DNA from: Mannheimia haemolytica | Lineage (GTDB): Bacteria > Pseudomonadota > Gammaproteobacteria > Enterobacterales > Pasteurellaceae | Reading direction: 5' to 3' | NCBI RefSeq assembly: GCF_004342115.1 | Contig: NZ_SMAC01000010.1 | Span: 14,618-46,617, forward strand | Length of the DNA: 32,000 nucleotides | Made by a program: the position numbers and the translations under genes | Shown here: positions 28,917 through 32,000 of the stretch, piece after piece | Layout of the letters: the number at the start of each line of letters is the position of its first letter | Position numbering within the stretch: the stretch's first letter is position 1 | The notes under the pieces: model-generated | Database searches by the model: none | What the model saw: the letters and a program-made list of their open reading frames with translations, nothing else | Told to the model about the DNA's origin: nothing

Positions 28917-29816
28917 ATGAACGAAAAATACAGCAAATTAGTCAAAAGTGCAGCAAATTTAGCGATTATTGTTGCGATCTTACTGATTGTGATTAAAGCC
29001 TTTGCGTGGTGGAAAACCGGCGCAATTTCAATCTTGGCAGCAATGACGGACTCGGTAGTAGATCTGTTTGCTTCGCTGACTAATATTTTGGTGTTGCGTT
29101 TTGCGTTGCAACCGGCAGACGAGAATCACGCCTTCGGACACGGCAAAGCGGAATCTTTAGCGGCACTTGCTCAAAGTGCCTTTATTTCCGGCTCGGCGCT
29201 TTTCCTGCTGCTACAAGGCTTCCACAAACTGACTAATCCGGAATTAATTGCTCAATCTGATATTGGGGTAATTGTGAGTATTGCTTCCATTGTGATCACC
29301 GCACTTTTAGTCTTTTATCAGCGTTATGTCGTTACGCTCACGAAAAGTCCGGCGATTGAGGCGGATTCATTACATTACCAAACTGATTTATTAATGAACG
29401 CAGCAATTTTAGTGGCAATGTTGCTCAATAGTGCCGGTGTTGTCTATGCTGATGCGGTTTTTGCAATTGGTATTGCCCTCTACATTGCCTTTAATGCAGT
29501 GAAAATGTTTTGGTGTGCGGTACAAACTTTGCTAGACCAAGCCTTGCCCGATGAAGAAATTGAACAGATAAAACAGATTGCTTCGCAACATCCGAACATT
29601 TTAGGGATTCACGATATTCTAACCCGCCGTGCAGGTGCGGTACGGTTTATCCAACTACATTTGGAATTAGACGATCACTTAACGCTGCTGGTAGCTCACG
29701 AAATAACTGATAGCCTTGAGCAGAAATTGCTGGCGGCATTTCCAATGTCTCACGTTATCATTCATCAAGAGCCGACTACGGTGGTCAAACAAGAATTTAT
29801 GGCGGAGAATATTTAA
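28917..29816 (+). CDS. fieF: Cation diffusion facilitator, Fe(II)/Zn(II) efflux pump FieF (YiiP)
   Basis: 299 aa. It has six TMs carrying the CDF signatures DSVVDLFAS and HYQTDLLMN, plus a C-terminal cytoplasmic metal-binding domain. It is colinear with E. coli FieF. Confidence 0.9.
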   Translation: MNEKYSKLVKSAANLAIIVAILLIVIKAFAWWKTGAISILAAMTDSVVDLFASLTNILVLRFALQPADENHAFGHGKAESLAALAQSAFISGSALFLLLQGFHKLTNPELIAQSDIGVIVSIASIVITALLVFYQRYVVTLTKSPAIEADSLHYQTDLLMNAAILVAMLLNSAGVVYADAVFAIGIALYIAFNAVKMFWCAVQTLLDQALPDEEIEQIKQIASQHPNILGIHDILTRRAGAVRFIQLHLELDDHLTLLVAHEITDSLEQKLLAAFPMSHVIIHQEPTTVVKQEFMAENI

Positions 29817-30568
29817 TGTATCTGGCAATCGTGCATTTCAGCTACCATAATTTTGAGCAAGATCCGGTGACGGCAATCAGCCAAGTCTTAAATCAGTGGT
29901 TATATAACGGGCAAGTCATTGGCAGAGAAATGCCGATTACCTTTCACCAAAATGAGTTTCAAGCTCGGGTTTGTGTGCCGACACAAGAAAGCCTTTTGCC
30001 ACAATATAATAGCGATGAAGTGAATGAAGCGTTGCAACAAGCGGTTGAAATTGGCGTGAATTTTGCAAGTTTTGAGCTTGTCGGGCGAGATTATCAGGGC
30101 GAAGAAAGCAGTCATAACCGATCGCCAGCGTTTCAAATATTATATACCACCCATTTAGATACCTGCTCGCCACTCTATGATGGAGAGCAGTTTGCCCCAA
30201 TTCCGCTTTATTCTTTACAGGATCAGTCTCTTAGCGAAGCGATATTGGAATGGCAGCAAAATTGGCAAGCGTGCGATCTGCTACAAATGAACGGCAATGT
30301 GCTAGAGTGCCACGCACTTGCTCAAATTAGCGATGAAACAAGCGTTCTTGCAACGATCGGTCGAGATCTATGTCAGCAAATTGAGCAGAGAACCCACATT
30401 CCCACCTTTTATTACCTCTACCGTTTAGGGCGTGATGAAGGTGAATATCAACGCAAATGCCCTTGTTGTGGCGGAGAATGGAAATTAACTGAGCCGTTGC
30501 ATGATATTTTCCATTTTAGATGTGATCCTTGCCGTTTGATCTCTAATCTAAGCTGGGAATTATTATAA
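29816..30568 (+). CDS. Zn-ribbon-containing protein of unknown function (DUF2310-like)
   Basis: 250 aa. Its ATG overlaps the fieF TAA (TAATG at 29814..29818). The C-terminus carries C-P-C-C...17 aa...C-D-P-C (30458..30532). It matches my recollection of Pfam DUF2310, seen in Vibrio and Pasteurellaceae. Confidence 0.8.
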   Translation: MYLAIVHFSYHNFEQDPVTAISQVLNQWLYNGQVIGREMPITFHQNEFQARVCVPTQESLLPQYNSDEVNEALQQAVEIGVNFASFELVGRDYQGEESSHNRSPAFQILYTTHLDTCSPLYDGEQFAPIPLYSLQDQSLSEAILEWQQNWQACDLLQMNGNVLECHALAQISDETSVLATIGRDLCQQIEQRTHIPTFYYLYRLGRDEGEYQRKCPCCGGEWKLTEPLHDIFHFRCDPCRLISNLSWELL

Positions 30569-30608
30569 CTTTTAGTTATACCAAAGTAATAAATCATCTT
30601 GAATGAAT

Positions 30609-30640
30609 GTCGCAAGCGTAATACTCTTGCGGCATTTTTA
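30609..30640 (+). terminator. Terminator after the DUF2310 gene
   Basis: gtcgcaag (30609..30616) / cttgcggc (30626..30633), 8 bp including one G-U pair, with a 9-nt loop, followed by attttta. Confidence 0.6.
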
Positions 30641-30668
30641 TAATAAGCGGTTTTACTTTGGAGGTTCT

Positions 30669-31993
30669 GTGCTTATTTTCAACTTAATTGTCTTTGCGGC
30701 AATACTATTTTTATTGGCTAAAATTTATAAATCTACGCAAAAACTCGGTCAAACGGTGTTTATTGGGTTATTTTTAGGGCTTGCAAGCGGTGCTTTTTTG
30801 CAAACTTTTTACGAAAAAGCTACTGTTGATGCAACTCTTGATTGGATTAACTTAATTGGTAACGGTTATGTTCGCTTGCTACAAATGATCGTAATGCCAT
30901 TGGTGTTTGTCTCTATTTTATCGGCAATTACCCGCTTAAAAGAGGCAGGATCTTTAGGCAAAATTAGTTTTAGTGTGCTATCAGTGTTATTAGTGACCAC
31001 CGCGATTGCCGCAGCGATTGGTATTGCTTTAGTGTATCTGTTTGATTTATCTGCCGAGGGTTTAGTCGCCGGCTCCCGTGAGCTTGCCGCTCAAGAGAAA
31101 GTGGTAGGGCGTGTGGAGCAGGTGAGCAACTTATCTGTGCCTTCAATGTTGCTTTCTTTCATTCCGAAAAATCCGTTTTTAGAATTAACCGGTGCAAACC
31201 CAACGTCGATCATCAACACGGTTATTTTCTCGGCTCTGCTAGGCATTGCTGCACTGAGCTTAGGCAAAGAAGATAAAGCGTTGGGCGAACGTATCGCACA
31301 AGGTGTAGAGACCTTAAATAAACTGGTTATGCGTTTAGTACGTTTTGTGATTCGCCTAACCCCTTATGGCGTATTTGCGTTGATGATCAAAATGGCGGCA
31401 ACTTCTCAATGGAGCGATATTGTAAATTTAGGTAGCTTTATTGTGGCATCATACATTGCGATTGGTTTGATGTTTATTGTGCACGGTATTTTACTCTTTG
31501 TGGCTAAAATCAACCCGTTGGATTACTACAAAAAAGTGTTGCCGACATTAAGTTTTGCTTTTACGTCTCGTTCCAGTGCGGCAACCATTCCGTTGAATAT
31601 TGAGACGCAAACCAATAATTAGGTAATAACAGTGTGATTGCCAACTTTTCTGCAACCTTTGGGGCAACCATCGGGCAAAATGGCTGTGCGGGAATTTATC
31701 CGGCAATGTTGGCGGTGATGGTCGCTCCAACAGTGGGAATGGATCCGTTTATCTTAAACTATATTTTAACCTTGATTTTGGTGGTGGCAATTTCCTCATT
31801 TGGCATTGCCGGTGTAGGTGGTGGTGCAACTTTTGCGGCGATTGTGGTGCTATCAACCTTGAATCTGCCGATTGAGTTAGTAGGCTTGCTCATTTCAGTT
31901 GAGCCGATTATTGATATGGCTCGCACCGCCTTAAACGTGAATGGTGCAATGGTGGCGGGCACATTAACCAATAAATGGGTGAAAGCCGAGTAG
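30669..31993 (+). pseudogene. tcyP: TcyP/YdjN-like sodium:dicarboxylate-family (DAACS) L-cystine symporter, interrupted by a -1 frameshift at ~31617
   Basis: The two track ORFs (30603..31622 and 31634..31993) are consecutive parts of one YdjN-like protein (...[22 protein letters not shown] then, in the other frame, [37 protein letters not shown]...). The likely true start is the GTG at 30669 after SD ggagg (30660..30664). This could also be a sequencing error in the a/t run. Confidence 0.75.
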
Positions 31994-32000
31994 TCAAAAC

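Noticed and set aside
30603-30668. The track start (ATG at 30603) for the tcyP-like ORF, which would add 22 residues (MNVASVILLRHFYNKRFYFGGS)
   Set aside because: This stretch overlaps the upstream terminator hairpin (30609..30640) and has no counterpart in YdjN. The GTG at 30669 follows a GGAGG SD and aligns with the YdjN N-terminus.
1-32000. A search for CRISPR repeats, tRNA/rRNA genes, IS elements or transposases, integrases, phage genes, toxin-antitoxin pairs and known defence-system genes
   Set aside because: Apart from the USS family, I saw no regularly spaced direct repeats and no cloverleaf-capable or rRNA-like segments. Every ORF of 100 aa or more that is not an obvious shadow frame is accounted for by the housekeeping or transport genes listed. 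Small (<60 aa) genes and sRNAs cannot be excluded by eye.

Overview
This window reads as core chromosome of a naturally competent Pasteurellaceae species. It is about 40-42% GC and carries seven perfect copies of the Apl-type uptake signal sequence ACAAGCGGTC plus many 8-9/10 variants, which points to the Actinobacillus/Mannheimia/H. ducreyi clade. Gene order is: fabI' (truncated), fnr(hlyX), uspA, alaS, csrA, galU, mukF-mukE-mukB, a decayed sotB-like MFS gene, yejM-yejL (minus strand), a tetR-MFP-RND efflux operon, guaB, a HAD hydrolase, a small lipoprotein, guaA, zapG/yhcB (minus strand), rplM-rpsI, a tightly coupled yaaA-lipoprotein-fieF-DUF2310 cluster, and a frameshifted tcyP/ydjN-like symporter. 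I found no rRNA, tRNA, CRISPR array, IS element, integrase, prophage or recognisable defence, toxin or secretion genes, so I cannot point to an obvious novel multi-gene system. The observations most worth follow-up are: (1) a roughly 120-bp imperfect palindromic, multi-hairpin element inside the mukFEB operon between mukE and mukB; (2) the stop/start-overlapping yaaA-lipoprotein-fieF-DUF2310 cluster, which links a peroxide/free-iron protein, a Fe/Zn exporter and two proteins of unknown function; (3) a guaB...guaA locus split by two accessory genes, with guaA about 10 GC points above its surroundings; (4) a TetR repressor gene whose Shine-Dalgarno-preceded ATG is followed by an in-frame TAA at codon 9, next to a perfect 18-bp palindrome; (5) two clearly broken transporter genes. 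All family assignments come from my recollection of homologous proteins compared with the supplied translations. No searches or folding programs were run, and all GC values are hand counts on 60-nt lines.
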